Assembly: GCA_951406725.2 (NCBI GenBank)
Contig: OX597821.1
Location: 68,510,001-68,574,000 of the forward strand
Direction: 5' to 3'
DNA: 64,000 nucleotides
Origin: Octopus vulgaris
Lineage: Eukaryota
The position numbers and the translations under genes were made by a program. Under the pieces are notes generated by a model. That model was given only the letters and a program-made list of their open reading frames with translations. It had not been told where the DNA came from and did no database searches. Of this stretch, positions 1 to 15,942 are shown in pieces. How positions within the stretch are numbered: the first letter of the stretch is position 1; each line of letters begins with the position of its first letter.

Positions 1-1795
<1,795 letters not shown>

Positions 1796-1799
1796 TAAT

Positions 1800-1992
1800 T
1801 TACCCTGATGCAGTGCCAGGTAGCGGCTCTCGTGGCTTCTGATCTTAACAGATTGGAAGTGTTATAATGTACATTGTTTTGTCTTGGTATAAAACATGGG
1901 CTACAACAAATATTCTGCTCAATACCACAGATTTGCTTGTCAGTTGTTGGACCTTAACCAGTTAAGCATGTCCCTTAGTGGCTGATGATATG
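1800..1992 (-). mobile_element. Probable 3' end of another retroelement, tail-to-tail on the same (TAA)n tract
   Basis: Abuts the TAA tract in opposite orientation; degenerate reading LVKVQQLTSKSVVLSRIF resembles RLE-element C-termini. Weak. Confidence 0.4.
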
Positions 1993-2237
1993 CACCATTG
2001 CAAATGCTGCCGTTACCTCCGTACCTCTCAGCCTACAGGCGCCACTTAGAGTTATCCACTCAGTCGAACCATCCTCGTCACATTCACCTACATTTCAACG
2101 AATTTACTGATTGGTGAGGCAGCACATCTCTGTCAGTCCTCGTCATAATTTTCGCAATAATAAGTGTACTAACAACGCCAGTAATAATCACAGCAATAAT
2201 ATCAAGTGTAATTTGCAGTGAGGTGGAGCGAGCGAGT

Positions 2238-2344
<107 letters not shown>

Positions 2345-2934
2345 CTCTTTTAGTGATTGTTTCCTCCTGAATTTAAATCGCTTTCTTCCTTTCTTCTCTC
2401 TGCCAGTAAGTAACGAGAGTCAGTTGGCTGGTTGGCTGGCTGGTTGGTCGGTTGGTTGGCTGAATAGCTGGATGGATGGATGGATGGATGGATCCGTAGT
2501 TGTGGTGGGGACATCAGGGTGTGGAATAGAGTTGTATGAAATATTAGCAAATACTGGCAACGAGAAGGAGCAGTGGTGGGGAATATGGAAGGGACGCTGG
2601 TGATATATGTGTTGGATGGATGAATGGCTGGCTGGTTGGCTGGCTGGCTGGATGGATGGATGGATGAATGGATGGGTGGCATAAATACTCAGCTATCATA
2701 TATAATAATGTATCAACATGGTGTTGTGGTATAGCTCAGCAATTGAATTATGTCAATTACTGCCGAAATTTGACACTTAATAAATCGCCATCAATACACC
2801 TCCCCACACATAAGGTCTCTCTCACACGCACACACACGCACGCACATACACACACACAGAGCATGACACAGACATGTACACAAATGCATACATACACTTA
2901 CAAACTTCCGCATACACGCACATACATACCTATA

Positions 2935-2974
<40 letters not shown>

Positions 2975-3464
2975 TTACACATTCACAAATACAATAAACT
3001 GACGCATAAATATATACCATTAAACACGTATATATATAACAAATGCATGCAAGCATAGATATATATGCAACTACATATGCACATACTTGTGCATACTATG
3101 TATATCAAACGTGCAGATATGCATACTATGTATATCAAACGTGCAGATATGTATATACATAATATTCTGCCCTTGCACGTTACCGATACTTATCATTTGT
3201 AGAGTTTTAGTTTCACCGGAAGCTGCTGCATTGCATCAATCTAAGCCACCATCTTTAATTCACCGCTGCATTTCTGAGCATTCGGTTGTAAGCCGTTTGA
3301 ATTACAACAGTTAATATAACTATCTATCAATCGGTTTATCTCTCAAAATAATAACTTAACAATCTATCTGCCACACTTTCTATCTATATATTTGTTTCTA
3401 AGTGCCTGTCTTGATTTGGTATGTATTTTTCTGTACACTAGCTATCTATTTTCTTTTCTGTAGA

Positions 3465-3853
3465 GGCGCAATATCCTAGTGGTTAGGGCAGCGGACTCGC
3501 GGTCGTAGGATCGCGGTTTCGATTCCCAGACAAGCGTTGTGAGTGTTTATTGAGTGAAAACACGTAAAGCTCCACGAGTTTCCACAAGGCTCCACGAGGC
3601 TCCGGCAGCGAGAGTGGCGAACCCTGCTATACTCTTTCACCACAACTTTCTCTCTTTCTTCCTGCTTCTCCTGTACATGTATTTCAAAGAGCCAGCCTTA
3701 TCACACTCTGTGTCACGCTGAATCACCCTGAGAATTACATTAAGGGTACACGTGTCTGAGGAGTGCTCAGCCACTTGCACGTTAATTTCACGAGCAGGCT
3801 GTTCTGTTGATCGGATCAACTGGGACCTTAGTCGTCGTAACCGACGGAATGTC
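3465..3853 (+). mobile_element. tRNA-derived SINE, family B (variant body)
   Basis: A-box-like CCTAGTGGTTAGG and B-box GGTTTCGATTCCC; 3' ~170 bp shared with 9247-9632 and 31303-31618. Confidence 0.8.
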
Positions 3854-4326
3854 ACGTCATTTTCTTTTCGAGATCGCTACACAGCTTTCTGAAAACGTTT
3901 ACGTTTGTGACTGAATCTATTGCTTTATAAAGAAATATCAATCAATCTGTTTATTTATCTATCTATTTATCTACCTAACTACCGACCTATCTACCTATCT
4001 ATCTAACTATCTATCTCTCTATCTACATATCTATCTGTCTATCTATCTATCTGTCTACCTCTCTATCTAAATATCTATCTACCTATCAATGTACCAATCT
4101 ATCTACTTATCTATCCACCTATCTATCTACCTAGCTATTTATCTACCTACCTACAGATCTATCTATCTGTCTCTCACAATATCCATTTCTCTATCAATTA
4201 ATGTATTTTTTCTCCAGCCATTTATCAACTTATCAGTTTATCTCTGTGTCTATCAAATTATAATCCTTATCTAATTAGCTATTATTTCATTCAATTAACT
4301 AGGTGTTTATTTATTCATGTATTACG

Positions 4327-4441
<115 letters not shown>

Positions 4442-5181
4442 ATATATATGTATATATATGTATATATATGTATATATACACATATATACATATGTATATA
4501 TACGTTTATGTATATATGCATATATATATATATATATATATAAGTATATTTACATATATGTGTGTATGTGTGTGTGTGAGCGCCTGCGCGCGCGTATTAT
4601 ATACATATATGGAATATACAGTGATACATATTTATACAGACATATATATATACATATACATGTATACATATATACATATATATATACCTACCTAAATACA
4701 TACATACATACATACATACATACATACACACATACATACATACATATATGTGTGTGTGTGTATCTATAAGGCAATTTCACGCACACATTTACGCACACAC
4801 AGAACAGGCGCGCGCACAGACACACACACACATACACACACAAACACAAGTGTACATAGATGTAGAAACAAAGAAAAGTCTACTCAAAGTGGTGGTAGAA
4901 AAACATTTGTAAGCTTACAGTTAATGACTCTCATGGCTATTTCCTGAAGCTTACATTGACGCGCAGGCATATTTCTCATCTAGCAGATACCTTCATCGGA
5001 GGCATCCGAAAGACTGCGCGTCTATGCAGCCCTAACTAATTAACTGATAATCCCAAATATATACAGAAACACTTGAATGCAAAATTTTCACTATAGTCAA
5101 GAAAGGACAAAGGAGAGGAGAGTACTCAATACAGTATCAAAGTATATATATATGTATATATAAATAAATATATATATGTAC

Positions 5182-5276
5182 ACAATTGCAGCGTGGAAGG
5201 TGTTTATAAGCCATTTAAGAAACGGCTTTTGTGTGTTTCTTAAATGGCTTATAAACACCTTCCACGCTGCAATTGT
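5182..5276. repeat. Perfect inverted repeat, 42-bp arms, 11-nt loop
   Basis: acaattgcagcgtggaaggtgtttataagccatttaagaaac (5182-5223) and its reverse complement (5235-5276). Confidence 0.95.
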
Positions 5277-5368
5277 TTTCGTTTCAGCACACGATCTCAG
5301 ATCAAATTACTTGCTATGCGAGTACATCTCCGTAATATATATATGTACATATACAGAAATTATTATTA

Positions 5369-5588
<220 letters not shown>

Positions 5589-6985
5589 TGTCTGTGCGCT
5601 GCTTCTAGCGCTGGAGATGTACTACGGTGTCAGCTGTTCACTACCAGTGAATTAAGGTAACACCCCCCTATTTATCGAGCACCATCCGGAGTATTCGAGC
5701 GGTTCCCCAGCAGTGGTGTTTTCTGCAAGTGCTCCACCTTTATTGCAGCCCCTATTTGTTTCATGTACTTCTCAAGAATTTTACTCACTGTTCTCAGGGC
5801 TCCGACAATTATTGGTACTACTACCATTTTTTTCAGCAACCACAGCTGCTCAACCTCCCAAGCTAATCTGTCATACCTATCGATTTTTCTTTTTTCCTTA
5901 TTGCATACCTTGTTGTCAACTGGGCATGCTATATCTATGATCCAGCATCGCTTGCTTTCTTTCTCAATTAACACTATATGTAGTTTCCTATTCTCTATCT
6001 CATAGTCGCACTGGATCATAAAATCCCATAGTATCATTGCATTATCATTTTCGATGATGCCTTCGGGTTTATGTTCGTACCATTTTTGGCTCTGTCAATT
6101 CCATACTTGTTGCAAAGTGTCCAATGGACAATCCTTGCTATGTTGTCATGACGTCTCTTTATATTCTTTGTGGACTAGTAGCGTACATTTACTGGTAATA
6201 AGCCATACGGTTTCACCATATTGTCCACAGATTCTGCACTTATCATTCTCTGATGTGTTGTCTATTCTGTATTTGATGTAATCCGTTCTTAATGCTTAGT
6301 CTTGGACAGCACAGATTAGAACCTGTTTCCGGTTTTAAATCACTTTTAGTCATCCATAGCCATCTTTTTTCTCTGTCTATCTTATCTTTAACATCCCTAT
6401 GAAATTGTTCATACATTCTTTTCTTTATCCACCTATTTTCAGTTTCATTCATTCTCATGTGCTTGTACAGTGCTTTATCTTTGCAATCTTCCATCCTACA
6501 CATGTGTGACCTTCTTACTTCCAATAAGAGTGGTTCTGTGGCATTTTTTTACATACCATGCTATGTTGTTTTCTTCTGCTCTAATGTTGTGTTTGCATCC
6601 AATCAGTCCTCTTCCACCTCTTTTTCTTGGTACGTACAGTCTATCTGTGTCACTTTTTGGCTGGAGTATCCCATATCTAGTCAGCAACTTCCTTTACTTT
6701 CTGTCTAAGCTGTTTAGTTCTTCTGCTGTCCATGCAACTACCCCTACTCCCATATCTAAGGAGTGAAACCGCCCAGGTATTGATAGCTTCAGTCTTATTC
6801 CGTCAGTTTAATTTCGACTTAAGGATCAGTCTCAGTTTGTGCAAGTACTCCACCTTAAATTTTTATGCCATTTCTTTCTCCATCAATTTATCCATTCTAT
6901 TTGCTTCGTAACCTCCCTAAACGGTATCACTAGCCCATCAATACATTTGATTTTGCCTCTCTTCGAGACTAACACACCACACTTT
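5589..6985 (-). mobile_element. Degenerate R4/Dong-like non-LTR retrotransposon (late RT/thumb, zinc knuckle, RLE)
   Basis: Fragments QPKSDTDRLYVPRKRGGRGL, WLWMTKSDLKPET, ILWDFMIQCD..CWIIDIACP..KIDRY..VPIIVGAL; frameshifts and stops; ends in (TAA)n. Confidence 0.9.
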
Positions 6986-7026
6986 AACTAACACTGGAGT
7001 ACAAATATATATATATATATATGCAT

Positions 7027-7083
<57 letters not shown>

Positions 7084-7084
7084 T

Positions 7085-7274
7085 ACTCTTTTACTTGTTT
7101 CAGTCATGCTGGAGCACCGCCTTTAATCGAGCAACTTGACCCCTGCACTTATTCTTTGTAAGCCCAGTACTTATCCTATCGGTCTATTTTGCCGAACCGC
7201 TAAGTGACGGGGACATAAACACACCAGCATCGGTTGTCAAACAATGCTAGGGGGACAAACACAGACACACAAAT

Positions 7275-7335
<61 letters not shown>

Positions 7336-7457
7336 TACGACGGGCTTCTTTCAGGGGCTATAGTAGAAGACACTTGCCCAAGGTGCCACGCAGTGGGACT
7401 GAACCCGGAACCATGTGGTTGGTAAACAAGCTACTTATCACACAGCCACTTCTGTGC

Positions 7458-7458
<1 letters not shown>
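7085..7458 (-). mobile_element. tRNA-derived SINE family A, internally deleted copy
   Basis: Reverse complement of the family A sequence seen at 37341-37754. Confidence 0.9.
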
Positions 7459-7511
<53 letters not shown>

Positions 7512-7588
7512 GTGTGTGTATGTATGTATGTATGTATGTATAGCATATATATATTATATATATGAGACTATTATAATTTGCTCATATA

Positions 7589-7631
<43 letters not shown>

Positions 7632-8038
7632 CTGTTGAAATCTGCTTGCAGCATTGAAATGTGTGTAGATGAAAACAATGTTTGATAACCTTTGAGCATA
7701 GTAGAGGAAGAGTTAGGCAAAATATATGACACGATTTCTTTATTCAAATGAAAATTACTCACATATGCTAAGAATTCAATATTTTGCTAAAAAATCTCTC
7801 TTTTTCAAAGAGAAGAAATAAAGTAATCAAAGAGTCCAAGGAACTACGTTTTCATGGATATACCATTCTAGTAATCCTATTTCCTTTATTTGAAAAAAGG
7901 GTAACTTTTCATGAAAGATTATAAGAATGTAAAAACAACCTGTATAAGGTGATGCACTGTCTTTCTTTCACATCTGCTTACATTTTTTTGTCTAAATCCT
8001 CACTCACATTGTGTGTGCGTGCATGCGTGTGTGTGTGC

Positions 8039-8078
<40 letters not shown>

Positions 8079-9246
8079 GGCTGAAACAGTGCGAGAAGTT
8101 ACAAAATAACCTACAAAAGTAAAAGATACGAAACAAAACAAAGTTACAATTTTATCTTGTACTTTTATATTTCGGGGCTATAACCTCTTCTTCAGAACAT
8201 TTGGAAAAATGAAGAGGGAAAAGTCGTTGCTCACTCAGATGTGTGAGGGGGGAAGGATGAGAAAGGAAGAAGAAGAAGAAGAAGAAGAAGAAGAAGAAGA
8301 AGAAGAAGAAGAAAGGGGAAAGGAAGAGGAAGGAAGGAAGGAAGGAAGGAAGGAAGGAAGGAAGGAAGGAAGAATGAGGAAGGGAGGAAGAAGGTGACAT
8401 GCGCAGATTAGTGTTGCTAAAGTAACCAGTCTGCTTCATGTATTTCCTTCCTGTTGTTAATAGTTGGTCTCCGTTCGTTGATAAGGAGGGCCTACATGAT
8501 TCTGAGATTCTGAGATTGCGGTGGTGAGTTGCCCTGATGGATACCTTGACTGGAACCTTTCAAGACATGTAGCAGGACCGCTAAGACAAACCATTAAAAT
8601 TGAATCAGTTTGCAACAATAATATTAGTAACAAACATCCGATAACATCAACAACAATAACAATAGGACAACAACGACAGCAACAACAGTAACAATAACAT
8701 CGACAATAGCAGAAAGAACAAACACAACAACCAAGGAGCTTCTACCAAGTCATACAGCCTGCTAGCAATACCAGCCAAATCGCTCTCAAATCATTTTCTA
8801 CCACCATTCATGAAATGACATACGGGATGGCATAATCCTTTCTTGAGCGAATGACTCCTACCATAAATTCGTGCCTTGTGAGTAAAACTGAGAGACGGAA
8901 ACTGTATGGAAGCCGGTCGGATGTATGCCTTTTCCTGTGTGGCAGATTCAAATTGCACCCAGCATAATACCATCACCTTGACTCCTGGTTATGATCAATG
9001 GAGTCCACTCTGGTGCAAATATTCGTACCAAGTCACTGCAGCGAATACTAATGGATACCATGATACACTTATGAATTATGGCTTCACACTTCCTTTCCTC
9101 CCATCTTTGACGGACACCCTGCGGGATGATAAGGGGCGCCGCTCTATCTCCTTTGAAGAAGACTTTAAAAAATGTTTACAAAACAAAACAAAAAGACTTT
9201 CACGCGAATACATTTTGCTCATATATATAGAGAGAGAGTGAATAAA

Positions 9247-9632
9247 GGCACATGGCTTAGTGGTTAAGGTGTTCTCCTCACGAGCGTGTAGAGTCACAAG
9301 TTCGATTCCTAGTAGCGCGTTGTGTCCTGGAGTAAGACACGTTATTTCACGTTGCTTCAGTCCACTCCAGCTGGAAAAAATGAGTAGCAGCTGTATTTCA
9401 AAGAGCCAGTCTTATCATATTCTGTCTCACGCTGAATCTCCCTGACAACTACGTTAAGGGTACACGTGTATGTGGAGTACTCAGCCACTTGTGCTGAATC
9501 TCCCTGACAACTACGTTAAGGGTACACGTGTATGTGGAGTACTCAGCCACTTGTGCGTTAAATTCGCGAGCAGAGGCTGTTCTGTTGATCAGATCAAATG
9601 GAACACCACTCGCCGTCGTAACCGACGGAGGA
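9247..9632 (+). mobile_element. tRNA-derived SINE family B (CORE-like central domain) with 62-bp internal tandem duplication
   Basis: A-box TGGCTTAGTGG, B-box GTTCGATTCC, GTTGTGTCCTGGAGTAAGACAC core-like segment; 9431-9492 is repeated at 9493-9554. Confidence 0.85.
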
Positions 9633-10076
9633 CCAGCATTATGTCTACAATGCACACGCTAAAACTGATCTGCATATAATGACGCAGGTACAAACACATG
9701 TATAATCACGGAGGAATAAAAGTGATTTTAGTAAAAATATTTTTGCTTCGAAGGAGGCTGGGTGAGCAATAGAAACTTAGCTTAAAGCATTATCGTTAAG
9801 ATAATGTTTATGCGTAGTTACTTTCACTTTCTTACTCTCTAGTCTTTGTTTCTTTGTATTAGTCTACCTTCTAGCTTTTTCTTTGTCTCCTCTCTCTCTC
9901 TCACACACTTTCTTCCTTTCTGGATGTGTGCATATAATGAAATTCATGTTTGCATGTCTATGTGTGTATGCATACATGTGTGTATGCATACATGTATGTA
10001 TACATGAGTATGTATAACCATTTATATATGTTAATGCATGTGCCTGTATCTCAGCTTATGTGTGTGTGTGTGTGTG

Positions 10077-10126
<50 letters not shown>

Positions 10127-10154
10127 TATATAGCTATAAGTGTGTGTATATATT

Positions 10155-10197
<43 letters not shown>

Positions 10198-10837
10198 CTA
10201 ACTAAAAATTTGTGTGTTGTATATCTACATATGTGCATTGCTTGTCTATACATGTGTGTGTGTGTATGTGCCTATGTATTCATGAACACATACGCGTATA
10301 GATAAGTAAGCAATGATAACCAAGTATGCAACTAACATGTTTTTGTTTGCATGCACTAAAATTGACTTACAGCGAAGGAGACTTCTTCCTAATGGCCTTC
10401 ATATGTCGTGAGCAGTATGAAGTAATGAGGAAGCCATTGGATGACGAATAAAATCACTTCTACAGTGTTACATCGGTCAGTTCACCAAGAGTGTTTAGTA
10501 GAGTTTTATGTTCGCTTCGCTGCAAACTATTGTACTGAATATAGCTTGACAGTAGAAGGAGAGGTCAATGACCTTCACGTGAACGTAGTTTTAACATAAC
10601 TATACCATTAAGACTTATTTAACAAAATACACTTTGAACATGCGTACACGCGCGTATAGATTTATGTGTGTGCGTATGTGCGCTCGTATATATTTATGCA
10701 CACATATATATATATATAAAGTTGTATGTAGGTACATACATACATACAAGATTGTTAAAATCCATCCAGCTTGTGTTGTCTTATTTTTATGCTTGTTGTT
10801 TTCATTATATGTGTGTGTGTACACATGCGTATACATG

Positions 10838-10958
<121 letters not shown>

Positions 10959-11201
10959 ATATATATATATACATACACACACATATATGTATATATATAT
11001 ACACACACACACAAAAACACACACAAGTGAGTGGACAAACGGAAGAAAAAGGCGCTCAACACGTTTAGCAAGACATTTACAAATACGTATGTATATATAT
11101 GTACGTGTATACATACATACATGTGTATGTGCGTGTGTGCGCGTATGTAAATATATTTATATATGTTTATATGTGCATACATAGATGTATCTATATACAT
11201 A

Positions 11202-11235
<34 letters not shown>

Positions 11236-11707
11236 CGTGTGTGTGTGTGAGTGTGTGTGTGCGTGTGTGTGTGTGTGTGTCACATCCAGCTATAATCTTG
11301 TTATAATAATAATATTTTAGAGTACAAACATTAAGTATCTTCTTTACAACAAGCCACCAGTTTTTCCAATGGCTGAATAAACTTTTGATGACCAATGTGT
11401 CTTACAACTTTATATGTAAACATGAAGGTTGTAAATTTGATTATGCTAACTCTATAAGATTAGAGATACACGTGTCACTATTTCTAGCATTGCAGATGTC
11501 CATGTCTGTACTTACAGAACGGAGCCATTGCAATACATTTCATTATATAACAGAAAGTGAAGTGTCAATAAAAGAAAGAAAATATTGGTTGACAATAACT
11601 CAAGTTTGGATAGTTGTTAAGACAAGCGAAGCAAGTGGCGATCAGACCTCGGTCACTCAAGGGCGATCAGGCCTCGGTCTGATCGCCATTGGGTGACCGA
11701 TATATAT

Positions 11708-13510
11708 TCTCTTACTCTCTTATATATTTCAGTCAAATGACTGTGGCCATGCTGGAGCACCGCCATTGTAATCATCTTTCCACCTTTGTCGGAGCGGCTT
11801 TTGGTGAAGGATGGAATTCGATGCTACTGCCCTCTTTTGAGTTTCTTGCTTAGATATTGGCTCATCCGGGATCTCGGTGAGCCAGAGATCAAGTTCACGT
11901 TTGAAAACGTTTACATTCACTCCGTGGAGTTTCCTCAGATGCTTCGGCAGACAGTTAAACAGTTGTGGGCCCTTGAAACCCAAGCTACTGCAGTACATCA
12001 TCCTTACTCGAGATGAAGCAGTCGGCACAATGGGGACAGCACATTGACGTCCTGTTCGTGGTCTGGTATAGCTCTTTATTCCAAAGTTTGGTACCAGTCC
12101 TTCCACTATCTTCCATATATATATATCACTGCATACCTCTCCCGCCTTCGTTCCAGGGAATAGAGTCGCAGCTCTTTCAACCTGTCCCAGTAATTCAATC
12201 GTTCCATTGATGTAACTTTCTTTGTGTAATGTCGTTGAACTGCTTCAAGCTCTGCTATCGTCCTTGTAGTATAAGGCGACCATAGCTGAGAGCAGTAGTC
12301 CAGGCGGCTGAGGATAAATGACTTCCATAGTGTCATCATAGTTTCTTGGTTCCTTGTCCGGAAGGTTCTCAGAATCCAACCAGCCAGTCTTTTGGATACT
12401 GCTACCATTTTGTTGATATGTTGTGAAATGAGGCACTGTTGCTCATTTCTATTCCAAGATCACGCACCATATTTGATTCTGAGATCGTTGCTCCACTTGC
12501 TCCAACGTACTGATGTCGTGATTCCTGAGCAGTGCTTAACTGGTTACGGAGGGCCTGGAATTTACTTGTATTAAATTGCATATTATCTTCAGCCCGTGTA
12601 TAGATGACATCTAGATCTTTCTGTAAGAGCGTAGCGTCAGAGGTTTCCTTAACTGACTGTGCGGCTTTTGTGTAATCGGCATAGCTGGTGAGCATGACTG
12701 CCTTTGTCACTGATGGCATATCCGATAGGGCTACTATGAAAAGCAGTGGCCCCAGCACAGTGACCTGGGGCACTCCATTCACTATTGGTGTCTCTGTGGA
12801 GAGAGCTTCGTTGGCTGCTACAGTTTGGCTCCTGTCCTTAAGTAAATCATGCAGCCACTCTCCGACTTTACCTGTGATGCCGAATCCCCGTGTTTTGTGG
12901 CATATCATTCCATGGTCGACCTTGTCAAATACCTTCGCAAAGTCGAGCTATACCACATCCACTTTTGAGCAGTTCATTAATTGCTTCAGTACCCAGTCTT
13001 AGTGTCGCAGAAGCTGTGTAAGACAGCTCCTTACCGGGCGAAAACCATGGTGGGTGTCAGAGAGCAGGTCATTGTCCTCAAGGAACTCAATCAATCTCTT
13101 CCTGACAATGTGTCCCATGCCTTTACTGACGTGGGAGGTCAGAGAAACAGGTCTATAATTCCTAGCCTCTGCCCTGCTTCCTCCCTTATGGATAGGGCAT
13201 ATTATTCCCTCTTTTAGTTTTTTTGGGAGTTTCCCCATCCTGAGGGACTCCTGGAAAAGGATTTGAAGCGGTCTAGCTAGAGCTCTTTTACATTTCTTTA
13301 GGAGAAGTGCAGGGAATCCATCAGGACCCGTTGCCGAGTTCGAGCTCAGCTCTTCAATGGCTGATATCACGTCAGTTTCCTCTATGTTGATGTTATCAAT
13401 AGTTACCATTTCACAATGCGTGTCTTCGGGGTCAAAGAACCTATCCGGCACATTCACTCGTAGCTTTCCCAGCGGTATACTGAAAGCACTCTTGTATTGT
13501 GGATTCAGTA
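11708..13510 (-). mobile_element. 5'-truncated CR1-group LINE, disrupted ORF2 (reverse transcriptase)
   Basis: SATGPDGFP, PIHKGGSR..NYRPVSLTSH, HGFR..RSCLTQL, LDFAKVFDKVDH, GVPQVTVLGPLLF, SYADYTK (YADD-like), RDLGI, RLDYCSQLWSPY, LYSLERRRER; stops and frameshifts. Confidence 0.92.
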
Positions 13511-14230
13511 ATTTTTTGATAGTAGTAAGAAAATTGGTGTCGAAGTTCACAACAACATACAAAAGACGTGGAGCAGTTGGCGGTGTTGCTAAGAAGTTCT
13601 CTTCACAATTCTGTGATTGTGGGCTCAAGCTTACAATTCAGAACCTTGGGAAAGTTTCTCCAAAACAGCTTCAGTTCGACTAAAACTAGCAGTTTGAAAT
13701 TTGTTAAACGGAAACTGTATGGAAGACAGTTGAAAGGCTCATTTCTTGATATTATGGGAGACACCTAAATCACCAAAGTACACCACTTGACCCTTGGACA
13801 CCTTCAGTGAAGTCCACTGCGTTTTAAGTATTCAGACCAGTTACCGGTCAAAAGATAGCTTCTACTCTTTCTACAACATATCTTGAAGACCCTGATGAAT
13901 GCCATAAGCTCTACCTTACCAAATCTGTTTAAAGTATAAAAAGAAATTGATAAAGGATGTGAAACAGACCCAATAGTTGCCCCCATATTTCTTCTGTTGC
14001 TAGAGATGAAGTAATCAAGTAACGACCATTAGTTAAAATAATTTACTTGATAACTTAAGAAAACCATAAAAAGTCTTTCAGTAATGAGGAAATATGAAAT
14101 ATTATCTTCTTGAAAATATTCTAAAACTAAGTAAAAACCCGACCATTGTTATGTTTTTTAATTAATTACATATTTTGAAGGGAAATCTGTGTATGTGAAA
14201 CTACACACACACACACACTCACACACACAC

Positions 14231-14294
<64 letters not shown>

Positions 14295-15424
14295 GCAATT
14301 CATTTTCTTGCAACTTAAGCTTCATGCTACTGCAATATTCTGAACTGTCTTCTTTCAATATTTGGGGTGGGATTCATTTTTTTTTTTTTTTTTTTTTTCC
14401 ATTTGTCATAGTTTCCACTGGTTGGTTTTTAATGTTTTTGAAGACTTTGTCTTTAGTTGTCATCTTTTCATCTACCAATTGATAAACTGTTCTATTTCTA
14501 TATCGGACCACTTCGCCTTTATATCGTTTTCAGATCTTGCTTGCTTGGAGTTGTTTTCTTCTCAAGTTGTTTATCTGTCTATCGTTTCCCAGTGGCCAAC
14601 TCAGTAAACAATCTTTCTCAACATGATTATTACGTATCGGCATCATACTTTTTCTCATTTGTGTCACGTTTCCTCGAAACATTTTTGTCTATCATTCATT
14701 GGCCGGATACTATCGTTGTTCTGTATTTCCCCGTTGATTACGTCACCTATATCCTGTTTTGATTACGTTGATTACATCACCTATATCCTGTTTTGCTAAA
14801 GTTGTTGTGGTGTCTACTTCATAAAATACCATTTTGTATCTGAAGTCGCTAACAATATTTTTAGCATATTCGATGGCTGCTCTGTTTTTCTCATCGATTG
14901 AGTTCGCTATTGTTTATCGTTATCTATTTTTTTCATAGATAACAATAAAGTGATTCTCTCAATATCATTTCTCATTGGTCAATGAGATAGTTGTCCTTTC
15001 TCTACTTGCCTTTTGTGTTAACATATCCTGGTTTTCTCTAAGTTATGTCACCTCCACGAAATCGAACCAAAACACTATATATAGAAAAGACATCGTAATA
15101 TAGAAAACATTGTAATATAGAAAAGAGTAATGCATCAAAATTATCTATAAATTTCTATTATCAAGCGATGGGTCCTCGAAAAATGCGAAGCCCGCAGAAA
15201 TAGAACGATAACTTGCCGGTTGAGTATGGGCAAAAGCATCAGATTTATCAGATCTAAACGTCAGGATTCCATTATTGCTTGTTAAAACATTATATAATCT
15301 TGTTAATTCATCTCCTCAGTGTCAAGCACTGAAGAAATGCATTTACAAGGTTGTATAGTGTATCAACATGCAGTTATGTAATCCTGTGAGTAATTTGCCG
15401 AAACGAGTGTATTTCCATAAAACA

Positions 15425-15460
15425 TAGGAGTGACTGTGTGGTAATTAGCTTGCTTACCCA
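15425..15460 (+). mobile_element. Head of SINE family A, split from its body (17750-18175) by a 2.3 kb insertion
   Basis: GGAGTGACTGTGTGGTAATTAGCTTGCTTACC matches the family A 5' end. Confidence 0.75.
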
Positions 15461-15672
15461 TGAGTCTTTGTTGTCAGTGTACGCATGCATCATTGTGTTG
15501 TGCACTGAAGAAGATAGCCGGCAGTGTTTAGCCTGCCAAAAAGAAGCTGCTGCAAGGTAAGACTTTTTTGTATCCTGGGTCCAGTGGGGGTTGTTGTCTG
15601 TGGTTATATTTTTTACAAACAAGGAGTCCTCGCAGGATTCAGGATGTTGGTCTGCTTGCAGTTCAGAAATAT

Positions 15673-15942
15673 TGTTCACATTAAGTAAAAAAAATTTTCT
15701 CATTGTGAGAACTATAGTTTGGGGGCGTATCCTTAAACCGAAAGTTGTTCACATTTTTAATAGTGTATGTTTTTACAACATTAGAAAGCTGTATTTCAAG
15801 TGTTCACATTAAGTGAAATTTTTTTCTTATTATGAGAAGTATAGTTTGGTGGCGTATCCTGCCACCAAAAGTTGTTTGCTGTTTGTGAATAGTGTGTATT
15901 TTTCAACTACGTTTACCAATAATTGGAAAGCTGTATTTCAAG
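15673..15942 (+). repeat. Two imperfect ~128-bp tandem units in the element's 5' region
   Basis: tgttcacattaag at 15673 and 15801; both units end in gaaagctgtatttcaag. Confidence 0.85.

Noticed and set aside
3465-3535. tRNA genes at SINE heads (also 9247, 37341, 41258)
   Set aside because: A/B boxes present but no complete cloverleaf; they run directly into SINE bodies.
4930-5030. Hairpin (GACGCGCAG/CTGCGCGTC) and a CCGATGA...GAAA motif on the minus strand
   Set aside because: Could not build consistent hammerhead stems or a UH triplet.
10369-10525. Pre-miRNA-like hairpin
   Set aside because: Stem has too many mismatches and I recognise no mature miRNA.
14290-15060. Possible decayed ORF1-like sequence on the minus strand
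   Set aside because: No diagnostic motif recovered.
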